A stretch of 47,688 nucleotides of DNA from Minisyncoccia bacterium (GCA_044341565.1 JBIIRM010000008.1:1-47688), one strand, 5' to 3'. Counted from the first letter of the stretch, positions 37,435-47,410 are shown. Translations and numbers: made by a program. Notes: generated by a model from the sequence alone, not told the origin.

Positions 37435-38460
37435 TCAGTCTTTGGAAGCTTCGAGAGCTCCCAGGACTTGATTTGCTATATCTTGCCCTTTACCCCCTCC
37501 ATGGAAAATAACTTTGGCATTGGTACCAAGAGTTTTTTCCAAAATAGGATATTGGGCGAGTTTAGCAAAAAGCTGTTGCTCTGAGATATCAGAGCCCATT
37601 GCTCCAGCTTTAATTGCAGCTGTGAATCCTTTGGTTTCAGCCAATAGATTCTCATTCTGTTGCTTAATAACCAGACCACGGGCTGTCTCGCGATCGAGAT
37701 CAGCTTTTTGCTCAGCTTTTGCTATGGCAGATTTATTCTTGGCATCATTGACCTCGGACGGTAACTCTAAATCATCTATATTTATTGCAGATAGCTCAAT
37801 ACCAATATTATCTAGTTTCTTCAGAATGGTCTTACCAAGAGCAAGAGCTTCAATATCCTCTGTAGTATCCATACCCTTAATACGAGATCCATCTTGCTCC
37901 AGACCAAGAGCTTGAAGTAATTGATCAGGAGTCATTGTAGATATTTGAATATCCTGAACCTCTTTACCCGCAGCTATATGCTTGGAGTATTCTTGATAGG
38001 TATGTTGTTGCAGTACTAGACGAATATAAGGGTTCAAGATGCGTTCAGTTGCCTGACGTTCATCCTGATCCTCTGCATTATAGTGCAAGTTATAAACATG
38101 CTTTATTTTTTCCTGCAGAGTATTTCCTTTAATTTGAGCAATTACGCTAACTCTTGCTTCTAGAGTAACATCAGCCAATTCTAATTTGGCAAAGTCATCA
38201 GTACTAGGAGCATCAGATCTATCCTGAGGGGCTACTTTTCTAGGCCCGTCATGTCTAAAAAGATAGACAGGAAACTGGTTGGTTTCATACCATCCAGCTA
38301 ATTTTGATCCCGGTACAATCAGATGAGGTCCCGGAGTAGCAATTTTGGAAAGAATTCCACTCCCATTATGATTTGGACGGCTTCCTAACCATGAAATCAC
38401 ATGAACTTCATCATCAGGTACAATCCAGATAGGGGGGATAAAGAAAGAATCAAAGGCCAT
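37435..38460 (-). CDS. SPFH/band-7 (flotillin-like) domain protein, tentative
   Basis: The C-terminal half is Ala/Glu/Lys-rich helical (AKAEQKADLDRETARGLVIKQQNENLLAE). The protein ends in a KVIFHGGGKG-type motif like flotillin/YqiK. GC is elevated at about 45%. Confidence 0.35.
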   Translation of the reverse strand: MAFDSFFIPPIWIVPDDEVHVISWLGSRPNHNGSGILSKIATPGPHLIVPGSKLAGWYETNQFPVYLFRHDGPRKVAPQDRSDAPSTDDFAKLELADVTLEARVSVIAQIKGNTLQEKIKHVYNLHYNAEDQDERQATERILNPYIRLVLQQHTYQEYSKHIAAGKEVQDIQISTMTPDQLLQALGLEQDGSRIKGMDTTEDIEALALGKTILKKLDNIGIELSAINIDDLELPSEVNDAKNKSAIAKAEQKADLDRETARGLVIKQQNENLLAETKGFTAAIKAGAMGSDISEQQLFAKLAQYPILEKTLGTNAKVIFHGGGKGQDIANQVLGALEASKD

Positions 38461-38576
38461 TTTGTGAATGAACGAGGGACTTCTTATTCATAACACAAAA
38501 TCATAAATTTGTCAACTCATAATAACAGGTGTATATACATAAAATTATTCCGACTCAGGTCAATGAGTACTTATAA

Positions 38577-38786
38577 TGTCCTCCCTTGGGGGAGGTGGGG
38601 AAAGGGGTCGGGAAAACGAGAGGTTTCACAGGAGCAAATTTTATTTGCGACGGAGGAGGATAATTCAAAAAGTCCACACCCACCGCTAACGCGGTACCCC
38701 CTCGCCAGCGAGTGACAGATTTAATATCCTCCCCCGGGGGAGGATAAAATAGTACAGGCGACTGAAAGGTCGCCCCTACAAAATTG
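38577..38786. repeat. GC-rich hairpin-dense intergenic repeat element, copy B
   Basis: This copy contains, in order, cctcccttgggggagg, the gggaaaggggtcgggaaaac..ggtttcacaggagcaaatTTtatttgcgacgg core, aagtccacaccc, ccctcgccagcgag, cctcccccgggggagg and ggcgactgaaaggtcgcc. Its order is shuffled relative to copy A. Confidence 0.6.
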
Positions 38787-38821
38787 ATAATTCACAACTA
38801 TTACTTCATCTCAACCTTGTA

Positions 38822-38850
38822 TTGACAAATAGCACTATATATACTACAAT
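38822..38850 (+). promoter_or_regulatory. sigma70-type promoter of the rpsL-rpsG-fusA operon
   Basis: TTGACA (38822-38827), a 17-nt spacer and TACAAT (38845-38850) lie about 80 nt upstream of the rpsL ATG. Confidence 0.5.
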
Positions 38851-38931
38851 AGAACAAGTTCCCAAAAGAGGTGTGCTTTTGAGTGTCTTTAGGTGTAAAG
38901 ATGCTCACCCCGCTAATTATAATTATTATTT

Positions 38932-39345
38932 ATGCCTACTATACAACAATTAGTACGAAAAGGTCGTAAGACCGGAGTAAAGAAAACCAAGTCCCCAGCA
39001 TTGGCTAGAACTTTTAATGTTCTCAAAAACAAGCCTATGGAGAGTAATTCTCCTTTCAAAAGAGGAGTATGTGTGAAAGTTACTACTACCACTCCAAAAA
39101 AACCTAACTCAGCTTTACGTAAAATTGCAAGAGTTCGATTATCTAATGGACAAGAAGTTACTGCGTATATTCCAGGAATGGGACATAATCTTCAAGAGCA
39201 TTCAGTAGTAATGCTAAGAGGAGGGCGAGTAAAAGATTTGCCTGGAGTACGATATCATATTGTTCGAGGAGTATTAGATACTGCTGGAGTAGATGGACGA
39301 TCTCAAGAGCGAAGTAAATATGGGGTAAAAAAGCCGAAGAAATAA
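38932..39345 (+). CDS. rpsL: 30S ribosomal protein S12
   Basis: [13 protein letters not shown]...[10 protein letters not shown] is the canonical S12 sequence. Confidence 0.95.
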   Translation: MPTIQQLVRKGRKTGVKKTKSPALARTFNVLKNKPMESNSPFKRGVCVKVTTTTPKKPNSALRKIARVRLSNGQEVTAYIPGMGHNLQEHSVVMLRGGRVKDLPGVRYHIVRGVLDTAGVDGRSQERSKYGVKKPKK

Positions 39346-39369
39346 GGTTAATTAAGATATTGTAATATT

Positions 39370-39837
39370 ATGGCTAGAAGAAAGCGCAATTATACCAGAG
39401 AAATCGAACTTGATCCACGATACAAGAATCTTTTGGTTTCTCAATTCATCAACTATATTATGTTGGATGGTAAAAAGTCAGTAGCTCGAAATGTATTTTA
39501 TGGAGCTATGGATATTATTGAGAAAGATTATTCACAAGAACCATTAAATGTATTCAATACTGCGGTAAAGAATGTATCTCCTGCCGTTGAGGTAAAATCT
39601 CGAAGAGTTGGGGGTGCTAATTATCAAGTACCGGTAGAAGTTCGACCAGAACGAAAAACTTCTCTTGCTTTTCGATGGATTCTGGATGCTGTACGTAAGA
39701 AAAAAGGTAAGTCAACTGATAAAAAATTAGCTGAAGAGTTAATGGATGCTTTCAATAAAACTGGTTCTGTTATCAAGAAAAAAGATGATACCCAGAGAAT
39801 GGCGGAAGCAAACCGAGCTTTTGCTCATTTGAGATAA
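39370..39837 (+). CDS. rpsG: 30S ribosomal protein S7
   Basis: MARRKR...NYQVPVEVRPERK is canonical S7, immediately downstream of rpsL. Confidence 0.95.
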   Translation: MARRKRNYTREIELDPRYKNLLVSQFINYIMLDGKKSVARNVFYGAMDIIEKDYSQEPLNVFNTAVKNVSPAVEVKSRRVGGANYQVPVEVRPERKTSLAFRWILDAVRKKKGKSTDKKLAEELMDAFNKTGSVIKKKDDTQRMAEANRAFAHLR

Positions 39838-39926
39838 TTGAAATACTGCTAAGAATCCTGCCTATGAATATCATGGTCAGGATTTGAGCGGTGAGTATAC
39901 TAATTAGTAATTAATAATCAAATACC

Positions 39927-42047
39927 ATGGCCAAAGATCACAAAGATATTCCTCTTGATGATGTTCGTAATATTGGAATTATTGCGCATATTGATGCAGG
40001 TAAAACTACTACTACGGAGCGAATTTTGTATTTCACTGGATTAAAGCATAAAATTGGTGAGGTTCATGATGGTGCGGCTGAAATGGATTGGATGGCACAA
40101 GAGCGAGAGCGAGGAATTACTATTACCTCAGCAGCTACTACGTGTTTTTGGAAAGATCATAGAATTAATATTATTGATACTCCTGGCCATGTTGATTTTA
40201 CTATGGAAGTGGAGCGATCTCTTCGTGTACTTGATGGTGCTGTTACTGTATTCGATGGAAAATCCGGTGTAGAACCACAATCTGAGACAGTTTGGCGACA
40301 AGCTGATCGATATAATGTACCGCGAATTTGTTTTGTGAATAAAATTAATCAAACGGGAGGGGATTTTTATAAATCATTTGCATCTATTCAAGAGCGACTA
40401 TCTAAGGATGCAGTAGTTATTGCTCTTCCTATTGGATTTGAGCAAGGTATACGAGGGCTTGTAGATTTGGTAGAGAATAAAGCTTATGTCTATGCTGATG
40501 AAGCTGGTATGACTGAAATTGTTGAGGCTGAAATCCCCGCAGATATGCTCGAGCAAGTAGAAGAATATCGACAAGTATTAATGGAGAAAGTCTCAGAAGT
40601 AGATGATAGACTTATTGAATTATTCTTGAATGATGGTGTGCTCTCAACTGAAGAGATGAAATATGCTATTCGACGAGGAACTCTAGAATCAAAGATTTTC
40701 CCCGTACTTGGAGGAGATTCTCGAACTGCTATTGTACGAAAACTTCTTGATGCTGTTATTGATTATCTTCCATCCCCATTAGATATTGATGCCGCTAAGG
40801 GTACTGATGTTAATGATGAGGAAAAAGAATTAGAAAGAAAGGCAGACAAGAATGAGCCATTTGCAGGACTTGCTTTCAAAATTGCAACTGACCCTTATAT
40901 TGGACAATTAGTATTTTTCCGTGTATATTCTGGAACTCTTAAGAGTGGAAGTTATGTGTATAATTCAACCAAGGGGGAGAAAGAGCGAATTTCTCGACTT
41001 GTTTTGATGCATGCTAATTCTCGAACCGAAGTAGATGAATTATCTGCAGGAGAAATTGGAGCTATTGTAGGACTTAAGAATACTACTACTGGAGATACTC
41101 TTTGTGATGAGAAAGATCCTATTATTTTGGAGAAAATTGTTATCCCAGAACCTGTTATTCAGATTAAACTTGAGCCAAAGACTAAGGTAGATCAAGAAAA
41201 AATGAGTTTAGCTCTTCACAAATTATCTGATGAAGATCCAACTCTTAAAGTTAGCTCTGATGAAGTGACAGGAGATACCCTTATTGCAGGAATGGGAGAG
41301 CTTCATCTTGATATTATTGTGGATCGTATGAAGCGAGAATTTGGTGTAGAAGTAAATGTAGGACAACCACAAGTAGCCTATAAAGAAACTATTCAAAGTT
41401 CTGCTGAAGCACAAGGGAAATATATCAAACAATCAGGAGGAAAAGGACAATATGGAGATGTATATCTTCGAGTTGAGTCATTTGATCCTGAAACAACTGA
41501 AATTGATCCAAAGAAACCACAACATTATATTTTTGGAAATGAATTAAAGGGAGGATCTATTCCATCTGAATATGTGCCTGCTATTGAAAAGGGAGTAAAA
41601 GAATCTATAGATCGTGGTGTTATAGCTGGATATCCATTGATTAATATCAAGGCAACCGTATATGATGGATCATATCATGATGTTGACTCCTCTGAATCAG
41701 CTTTCAAAATTGCAGGTTCTATGGCTCTTTCAGCCGCTGTAAAAAAAGCAAATCCTATTATTCTTGAGCCAATTATGGCTGTCGAAGTAACTATCCCAGA
41801 ACAATATATGGGAGATGTAGTAGGAGATTTGAATTCACGACGAGGACTTATTGAAGAAATGAATGATAGAACTGGTGGACTTAAAGTTGTATCAGCAAAA
41901 GTACCTCTATCTTCAATGTTCGGATATGTGACTACACTTCGGTCTATGACACAAGGACGAGGAAATGCAGTGATGGAATTCAATGATTATCAGCCAGTTC
42001 CTAGCAATGTACAACAAGATATTATTGCCAAGAGAACAGCGAAATAA
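39927..42047 (+). CDS. fusA: elongation factor G
   Basis: The N-terminus [21 protein letters not shown] and the GTPase motifs DTPGHVDF and NKID are present. All five EF-G domains are present. Confidence 0.95.
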   Translation: MAKDHKDIPLDDVRNIGIIAHIDAGKTTTTERILYFTGLKHKIGEVHDGAAEMDWMAQERERGITITSAATTCFWKDHRINIIDTPGHVDFTMEVERSLRVLDGAVTVFDGKSGVEPQSETVWRQADRYNVPRICFVNKINQTGGDFYKSFASIQERLSKDAVVIALPIGFEQGIRGLVDLVENKAYVYADEAGMTEIVEAEIPADMLEQVEEYRQVLMEKVSEVDDRLIELFLNDGVLSTEEMKYAIRRGTLESKIFPVLGGDSRTAIVRKLLDAVIDYLPSPLDIDAAKGTDVNDEEKELERKADKNEPFAGLAFKIATDPYIGQLVFFRVYSGTLKSGSYVYNSTKGEKERISRLVLMHANSRTEVDELSAGEIGAIVGLKNTTTGDTLCDEKDPIILEKIVIPEPVIQIKLEPKTKVDQEKMSLALHKLSDEDPTLKVSSDEVTGDTLIAGMGELHLDIIVDRMKREFGVEVNVGQPQVAYKETIQSSAEAQGKYIKQSGGKGQYGDVYLRVESFDPETTEIDPKKPQHYIFGNELKGGSIPSEYVPAIEKGVKESIDRGVIAGYPLINIKATVYDGSYHDVDSSESAFKIAGSMALSAAVKKANPIILEPIMAVEVTIPEQYMGDVVGDLNSRRGLIEEMNDRTGGLKVVSAKVPLSSMFGYVTTLRSMTQGRGNAVMEFNDYQPVPSNVQQDIIAKRTAK

Positions 42048-42071
42048 TAGTGTAAATCTATAAACCTAAAA

Positions 42072-42100
42072 AGCCTGAGAATAAAAACTCAGGTTTTTTG
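42072..42100 (+). terminator. rho-independent terminator after fusA
   Basis: The hairpin agcctgag-aataaaaa-ctcaggt is followed by TTTTTTG, 25 nt after the fusA stop. Confidence 0.55.
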
Positions 42101-42117
42101 GTATATACTCACTATAG

Positions 42118-42210
42118 GTAATCCTCCTCCGTTCCTCCTATATATAATAGGAGGAACACCTCCCCCCAAGGGAGGACAGAAATTTTGTCCCTCGCCAGCG
42201 AGGGACAATA
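42118..42210. repeat. GC-rich hairpin-dense intergenic repeat element, copy C (short)
   Basis: This copy contains ttcctcctatatataataggaggaa, cctccccccaagggagg, ggacagaaattttgtcc and gtccctcgccagcgagggac. These are the same modules found in copies A and B. Confidence 0.55.
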
Positions 42211-42253
42211 ATACGTTTATGCTATACTGTAAGTATTACTATAATTATCCTTT

Positions 42254-43393
42254 ATGCCACTTGCAGATAGAGTCAGGCCCATCGATCTGAATACCTTTAT
42301 AGGGCAAAAACACCTTGTAGGAGAAGGTAAACCCCTCTACCTGTGTATTACACAGCAATTACCACAATCTTTTATTTTGTGGGGTCCCCCTGGAGTGGGT
42401 AAAACCACTTTAGCCCGTATATACAGTAATGCAATTGATGGTAAATTATATGAAGTCTCAGCGGTCAGAGCAGGGAAAAAAGATATAGAAGCAATTATCA
42501 AAGATAATACGGAACAGCAAAAGATTTTATTCCTGGATGAGATACATCGTTTTAATAAAGCTCAGCAAGATTATTTACTTCCTTTTGTGGAAGACGGGAC
42601 TTTGATTTTGATTGGAGCTACCACAGAGAATCCAAGTTTTGAAATTATAGCCGCCCTACAATCTCGTTGTATTATTTATACCCTTATAGCACTCACCGTA
42701 GAGGAAATACAAGATATATTAGCTCAGGCGGGATTAAAGGATACTGCTATAAGTGAGTATATTGCTCAATATACTAATGGAGATGCCCGCAAGGCTTTGG
42801 GAATTTATGAGAGAGCTAAATCTATGTATTCAGATACTCTAAGTATTGAGAATATTGAAGCTATTTTGAAGGATACCAATCTTAGATATGATAGGGCAGG
42901 GGAGGAGCATTATGATGTTATTAGTGCTTTTATCAAAAGTATGAGAGCCAGCCAAGTGGATGCAGCTTTATATTATCTTGCTCGTATGTTAGAAGGGGGC
43001 GAAGACCCTAAATTTATTGCACGTAGAATGATTATATTTGCAAGTGAGGATATTGGTATGGCTCTTCCCACAGCTCTTGTGATTGCCAATGAAGTATTCC
43101 GAACAGTAGAAGTAGTGGGATTACCGGAGGCTTCTATTAATCTCGCGCATGGAGTAGTATATTTAGCTCAAGCCCCCAAGGATAGACGAGTATATGATGC
43201 TATTAAAGATGCTCAAAGAGAAGTGAAACAGTCAGGGAACCTTACAATACCATTAAATATTCGCAATGCTCCTACTAATTTGATGAAAGATTTGGGCTAT
43301 GGCAAAGAGTATGAATTGTATGATACAGAAAGTTATCTCCCAGAAAAAATACAGAATAAAGCTTTTTGGAAAAAATCTAAAAAAGAGAAGTAA
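42254..43393 (+). CDS. rarA: replication-associated recombination protein A (AAA+ ATPase RarA/MgsA)
   Basis: MPLADRVRPIDLNTFIGQKHLVGEGKPL... is followed by Walker A GPPGVGKTT, Walker B LFLDEIHRF, and a C-terminal MgsA helical domain. Confidence 0.85.
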   Translation: MPLADRVRPIDLNTFIGQKHLVGEGKPLYLCITQQLPQSFILWGPPGVGKTTLARIYSNAIDGKLYEVSAVRAGKKDIEAIIKDNTEQQKILFLDEIHRFNKAQQDYLLPFVEDGTLILIGATTENPSFEIIAALQSRCIIYTLIALTVEEIQDILAQAGLKDTAISEYIAQYTNGDARKALGIYERAKSMYSDTLSIENIEAILKDTNLRYDRAGEEHYDVISAFIKSMRASQVDAALYYLARMLEGGEDPKFIARRMIIFASEDIGMALPTALVIANEVFRTVEVVGLPEASINLAHGVVYLAQAPKDRRVYDAIKDAQREVKQSGNLTIPLNIRNAPTNLMKDLGYGKEYELYDTESYLPEKIQNKAFWKKSKKEK

Positions 43394-43445
43394 ATAAAAA
43401 AGAGAGTTTATCGGCTCCCTTTTTTCTTTTTGATATTCTCAAGAT

Positions 43446-46163
43446 TTAATTGAAGTCTTTTTTACGGAATATTTTTCTCCATACAAATCGTCGAGTATGA
43501 GCCAAGGCAACATAGAATACCGGATAGGCAAATATTACCAATAGGGTACTAGATGCGAGTCCGAATACCAATGCATAGGCAAGCCCTTCCCAGAACGGGT
43601 CAGCAAAGGCGAGAGGCAGTATACCAACAATAGTTGAGAGAGAAGTAGTAATCAAAGCTCGGAAACGATATTTGATTGCCCCAGAAATTGATTCTCGAAT
43701 AGATCCCGTTTCTGCTAAGACTGTATTAGAATAGTCGAGTAAGAGAATAGTATTATTAACTACAATACCGACAAGCCCCGTAATACCAATTAAGGCAAAG
43801 AAGCTCAGAGGATTATTGGTCAAATAGAGTCCAAAGAATAATCCAGGGAATGAGAATGGTACGGCCATTAAGATAAGGAATGGTTGACTCAAGGAATTGA
43901 ATTGCAATACCAAGAGTATATACATAATGATAATAGCCGCAATAAGAGCAAATATTGCTGATTGGAAGGAGTCAAGATTTTCTCCTTGTTGTCCTAGATC
44001 AAATGCAACTCCATCTTTAGCTAAATCATATTTAGCACGGAATTCATCAGTATCAAATTTTTCTTTGATAGCAGTTTGAGCTTCTAATACCAAATTAGTA
44101 TTCTCAGGGTCAGATACTGCAACTTGTACAGAAGCATAACGTCGGCCATCTTTTCGGGTAATAGTATCAATATTATTGATAATGACATCTTTGATTTCAC
44201 CACCATCTAATTTGATATCTTGAGTAAAGTCTCGAATTTCTTTGGTTGAATTCTCAAGAGTTTTTTGGTCATCTGAGAATACTTGGAAAGTAATTTGATA
44301 ATCATCGGTTGGAGGCCCAGCTCCAGATATACCAGCCTTTACTTTCAAATCCTTAAGCTTTACATTATCTGCAATTTTATCATTAATTTCTGCTACCATA
44401 GTTGCAGAAGTTTTCTCTCTTTCTCCAAGAGGAGTAAGAGTAATATACATCAATACACCAGATGCATCTGCATTAAAGTAGGTAATATCATCAATATAAT
44501 CTGCATTGGTATCCTTTATGATTTTCTCAATTTCCTTAGTGGTATCAATAGATTTCTGAAGATCACGATTATCTTTTAATATAGAAGTAACCGTAATCTC
44601 ATTGGTGTCTTTGGCTGGAGCAAAAATAGCAAATTTGAGCTTACTTGCAGTAAATATTCCTCCTCCGATAAGTGCTATCGTCAAAACAAATATTATCGTA
44701 CTACGCCATATATTATTAAGATACCAATTGGTATACTGATACACCTTAATATTAATCCAATCAATAATACCAGGAACAAAATAGAGAACATTATATAATG
44801 CTTTACTAATACCTTTTCTTTTTACTTTAACTCCAGTCTCAGCCTCATAATGAGGTAATACCAGATTTGCAAAGAAAGGAATCAGAGTAAGACTTACAAT
44901 AAGAGATAAAGCTAAAGTCAAGATAACGGTAATAGGAATAAGCTTAATAAATTCTCCTAAAGTACCAGATACAAGAGCAATAGGAATAAAGGCTAGAATG
45001 GTAGTAACAGTTCCTGATATATCAGCTAGCCCAACAGTATTAATGGCCTTTATAACCGCTTGTTTACCTCGGTGTCCCGCTTTACGGGCATTATCAATAG
45101 CATCAATCACAAGAATAGCATCATCGGCGATTAATCCAATCACCAGAATCAGTCCAAATAAAGTCAGGGTATTAAGAGAATATCCAATCAGATATAATCC
45201 TAAAGAAGTAAGTGCAATAGAGACAGGGATAAACACCGCAATTACAATAGAAGCTCTCCAGTTAACAATTAATATCATAATAATCATTACTGCAAGAAGC
45301 CCAGATATAGCACTTTCCTGGAGTAAAGATAATTGAGCTTTGAGTGAATTAGAAGCATCTCCACCCCCAAATATCACATCATATCCATCTAAATCCCCTG
45401 AATCTTTGAGCTTTTGAACTTTATCTTGAATAGCCTGTGAGAATTCAATAGTACCAACATTAGTGTCTCTGACAGCACCAATAAGAATGGCATCAGTAAA
45501 TACTAATTTATTATCAGCATTACGATGAGCAGATCTTCCAAATTTAATTTGCTCTAAATTAGATTCTCCCGTAATAGGATTCGTTTGAACTTCTTGTAAA
45601 TCAATTACATTTGTTCGAATAACTGAATTAACAGCATCTATTTCCTTTGCTACAAAATTAGCTTTATCTTGTAATTCTTGAGTAGATTTCCCATTGCTAA
45701 TCAAACTGAATACAAGGTCATTTTCTCCATCAAAAGAAGCAGCATTAATAGTGACAAAAGAAGGCTTGGTATCCTTGGGTAGGGTAGCGCCATTAACTGC
45801 ATCCTCTAATAATTTAGCCCCAGCCTTAGAAGTTGTACCTTCTTTGAACTCGACTGTAATATTAGAGAAATTATCAGTGCTGGTAGAGGTAATAGCTTTA
45901 ATCTCCTGTATACTTCCAATAGCCGATTTAATTGGGCCGGTAACATCTTTATCTACAAGCCCTTTGTCATTAACAAAATAAGGCGTTTGAATAAGGGCAA
46001 CCGGAACCTCAATAGTAGGGAAGCCTTCTCGTTTAAGGAATGTGGTATAAGCCGCAGTTCCAATTGCAAGAATACCCACTAATAAAAGAACAGTAATTCG
46101 CCATTTATTCAGGAAGAATAAGGCAATTTTTGTTAATGCATCTGGTTTATTGGATGTATCCAT
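43446..46163 (-). CDS. RND superfamily (AcrB/MMPL-like) transporter permease
   Basis: The 905-aa protein has two 6-TM bundles, each preceded by a large periplasmic-type loop. The N-terminus (FFLNKWRITVLLLVGILAIGTAAYTTFLKREGFPTIEVP) is typical of RND pumps. No adjacent MFP or OMF gene was found. Confidence 0.7.
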   Translation of the reverse strand: MDTSNKPDALTKIALFFLNKWRITVLLLVGILAIGTAAYTTFLKREGFPTIEVPVALIQTPYFVNDKGLVDKDVTGPIKSAIGSIQEIKAITSTSTDNFSNITVEFKEGTTSKAGAKLLEDAVNGATLPKDTKPSFVTINAASFDGENDLVFSLISNGKSTQELQDKANFVAKEIDAVNSVIRTNVIDLQEVQTNPITGESNLEQIKFGRSAHRNADNKLVFTDAILIGAVRDTNVGTIEFSQAIQDKVQKLKDSGDLDGYDVIFGGGDASNSLKAQLSLLQESAISGLLAVMIIMILIVNWRASIVIAVFIPVSIALTSLGLYLIGYSLNTLTLFGLILVIGLIADDAILVIDAIDNARKAGHRGKQAVIKAINTVGLADISGTVTTILAFIPIALVSGTLGEFIKLIPITVILTLALSLIVSLTLIPFFANLVLPHYEAETGVKVKRKGISKALYNVLYFVPGIIDWINIKVYQYTNWYLNNIWRSTIIFVLTIALIGGGIFTASKLKFAIFAPAKDTNEITVTSILKDNRDLQKSIDTTKEIEKIIKDTNADYIDDITYFNADASGVLMYITLTPLGEREKTSATMVAEINDKIADNVKLKDLKVKAGISGAGPPTDDYQITFQVFSDDQKTLENSTKEIRDFTQDIKLDGGEIKDVIINNIDTITRKDGRRYASVQVAVSDPENTNLVLEAQTAIKEKFDTDEFRAKYDLAKDGVAFDLGQQGENLDSFQSAIFALIAAIIIMYILLVLQFNSLSQPFLILMAVPFSFPGLFFGLYLTNNPLSFFALIGITGLVGIVVNNTILLLDYSNTVLAETGSIRESISGAIKYRFRALITTSLSTIVGILPLAFADPFWEGLAYALVFGLASSTLLVIFAYPVFYVALAHTRRFVWRKIFRKKDFN

Positions 46164-46308
46164 ACTGATAATTAATTACTACATAGAGTTGCTGCATTCA
46201 GTATATACGATATATAGGTTTCTAGCAAACAAAATAATAGATTGCTAAATGAAAAAGAGGAGCTCATATTGAGCTCCTTGGTGAGAGGGGGGTAGAGCGC
46301 ATCCTTAT

Positions 46309-46563
46309 TCAGTCAGGCTCATAGAATGCACTGGAGTAGGGGAGGGCTTCAGTAAGGTTGAATGCCTCTTTTCGAGACATGGAGTTCAATTGCCGTGTGC
46401 GACAACAGCTACAGAATCTTCCATTTTGTTCGAATACCCGCACTTCTCCATGAACTCGAATGTGGATATCTGCGCCTACCCAGCGTGAGACTTGATTTGT
46501 GCAATTAGGCGTTGCACATGGGGCATTGAGTACATAATCAAGAATCCGATCAAGAAATGACAT
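46309..46563 (-). CDS. small Cys-rich hypothetical protein (possible zinc-binding)
   Basis: The 84-aa protein has the Cys pattern C..C-x4-C...C-x-CC (PCATPNCTN...FCSCCRT). Local GC is higher than in its neighbours. No family was recognised. Confidence 0.3.
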   Translation of the reverse strand: MSFLDRILDYVLNAPCATPNCTNQVSRWVGADIHIRVHGEVRVFEQNGRFCSCCRTRQLNSMSRKEAFNLTEALPYSSAFYEPD

Positions 46564-46635
46564 GACAGAAAGTCGAGTTTACAAAAATAACCATACCATA
46601 TTTTTGCAAAAATGTCAATATGTATAAACAATTTA

Positions 46636-46890
46636 TTATTTTGTATATATAAATCTCTGGATAGCAAGAGTCGACCAAAGTATAACTGATATCACGGTCA
46701 CAGCAGTAGATAACCAAAGTTCGAGAGAAGCAAAAGATAAACCAATTGCAGTTAAAGACAGAGCATAAGGAATAGAAGTCCAATAGCGAACTGGTCCTAT
46801 TTTGGTCTTAAAGCCCAATACAACCTGAGGTATCAGAGATAGGGAAATAATAATGCTCGCAATAGTAATAACAATATCTTGTATATTCAT
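46636..46890 (-). CDS. SemiSWEET/PQ-loop family small transporter (3 TM)
   Basis: The 84-aa protein has three TM helices and a PQ motif in TM1 (LSLIPQVVLGFKTK). This size and topology are typical of bacterial SemiSWEETs. Confidence 0.5.
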   Translation of the reverse strand: MNIQDIVITIASIIISLSLIPQVVLGFKTKIGPVRYWTSIPYALSLTAIGLSFASLELWLSTAVTVISVILWSTLAIQRFIYTK

Positions 46891-46974
46891 AAAATAATTT
46901 AGTATATATGTATAGTAAACCGATATATAACTCTAGTCAATAAATCAAATATCTGATAAAATAATCAAGATAAT

Positions 46975-47060
46975 GGAGAGTTCGCATAGTTGGTCTAGTG
47001 CGCACGCTTGGAAAGCGTGTATACCGCAAGGTATCAAGAGTTCGAATCTCTTACTCTCCG
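46975..47060 (+). tRNA. tRNA-Ser (anticodon GGA), class II with long variable arm
   Basis: The acceptor stem pairs GGAGAGT with ACTCTCC. The anticodon stem-loop is CACGC-TTGGAAA-GCGTG, giving anticodon GGA. The long variable arm is TATACCGCAAGGTAT. The T-arm is CAAGAGTTCGAATCTCTTA. CCA is not encoded. Confidence 0.8.
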
Positions 47061-47067
47061 CAAAAAT

Positions 47068-47098
47068 TAAAAATAGGGGTTTTTGCCCCTATTTTTAA
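47068..47098 (+). terminator. rho-independent terminator after tRNA-Ser
   Basis: The hairpin aaaaatagggg-tttttg-cccctattttt has an 11-bp stem with a T-rich tail. Confidence 0.55.
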
Positions 47099-47130
47099 TT
47101 TCCGTGAGTTAGTAAAGAGAAATTCGAACT

Positions 47131-47410
47131 CGGGAAGGGGTCGGGAAACGGAAGTTTCCTGTGGCGGAAGTAATCAATACCCCTAGATAGGAAGGCAATG
47201 AGGAGCTTGCTCCGAATGTCGGAAACCGTGGGTGTCCGAGATGGGGTTGTAGGGGTATTGAGGGAACTGAGGGGGTTTCAAAGAGCAAATCCCATTTGCG
47301 ACGAGTTCGGAATCTCTTACTATCTATATTCCGACACTCGGGAATAAATCCCTCGCTGCCTTCCTGCACGGGGGATTTTGCCTTCATACATACGATGTAT
47401 GAAATCCTGA
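47131..47410. repeat. GC-rich hairpin-dense intergenic repeat element, copy D, containing a duplicate of the tRNA-Ser 3' end
   Basis: The segments gggaaggggtcgggaaacggaagtttcctgtgg...ggaaaccgtgggtg...ggtttcaaagagcaaatcccatttgcgacg are homologous to the copy A core. The sequence gagttcggaatctcttactatc (47303-47324) is a 20/22 match to the tRNA-Ser 3' end (47038-47059). Confidence 0.6.

Noticed and set aside
42048-42253. Expected tuf gene after fusA
   Set aside because: No tuf ORF is present. fusA is followed by a terminator, repeat copy C and rarA. EF-Tu must be encoded elsewhere.
46309-46563. Calling the Cys-rich small protein a specific zinc-ribbon family (YacG, Trm112 or others)
   Set aside because: The Cys spacing does not match any family I can recognise with confidence. 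It is left as a hypothetical.
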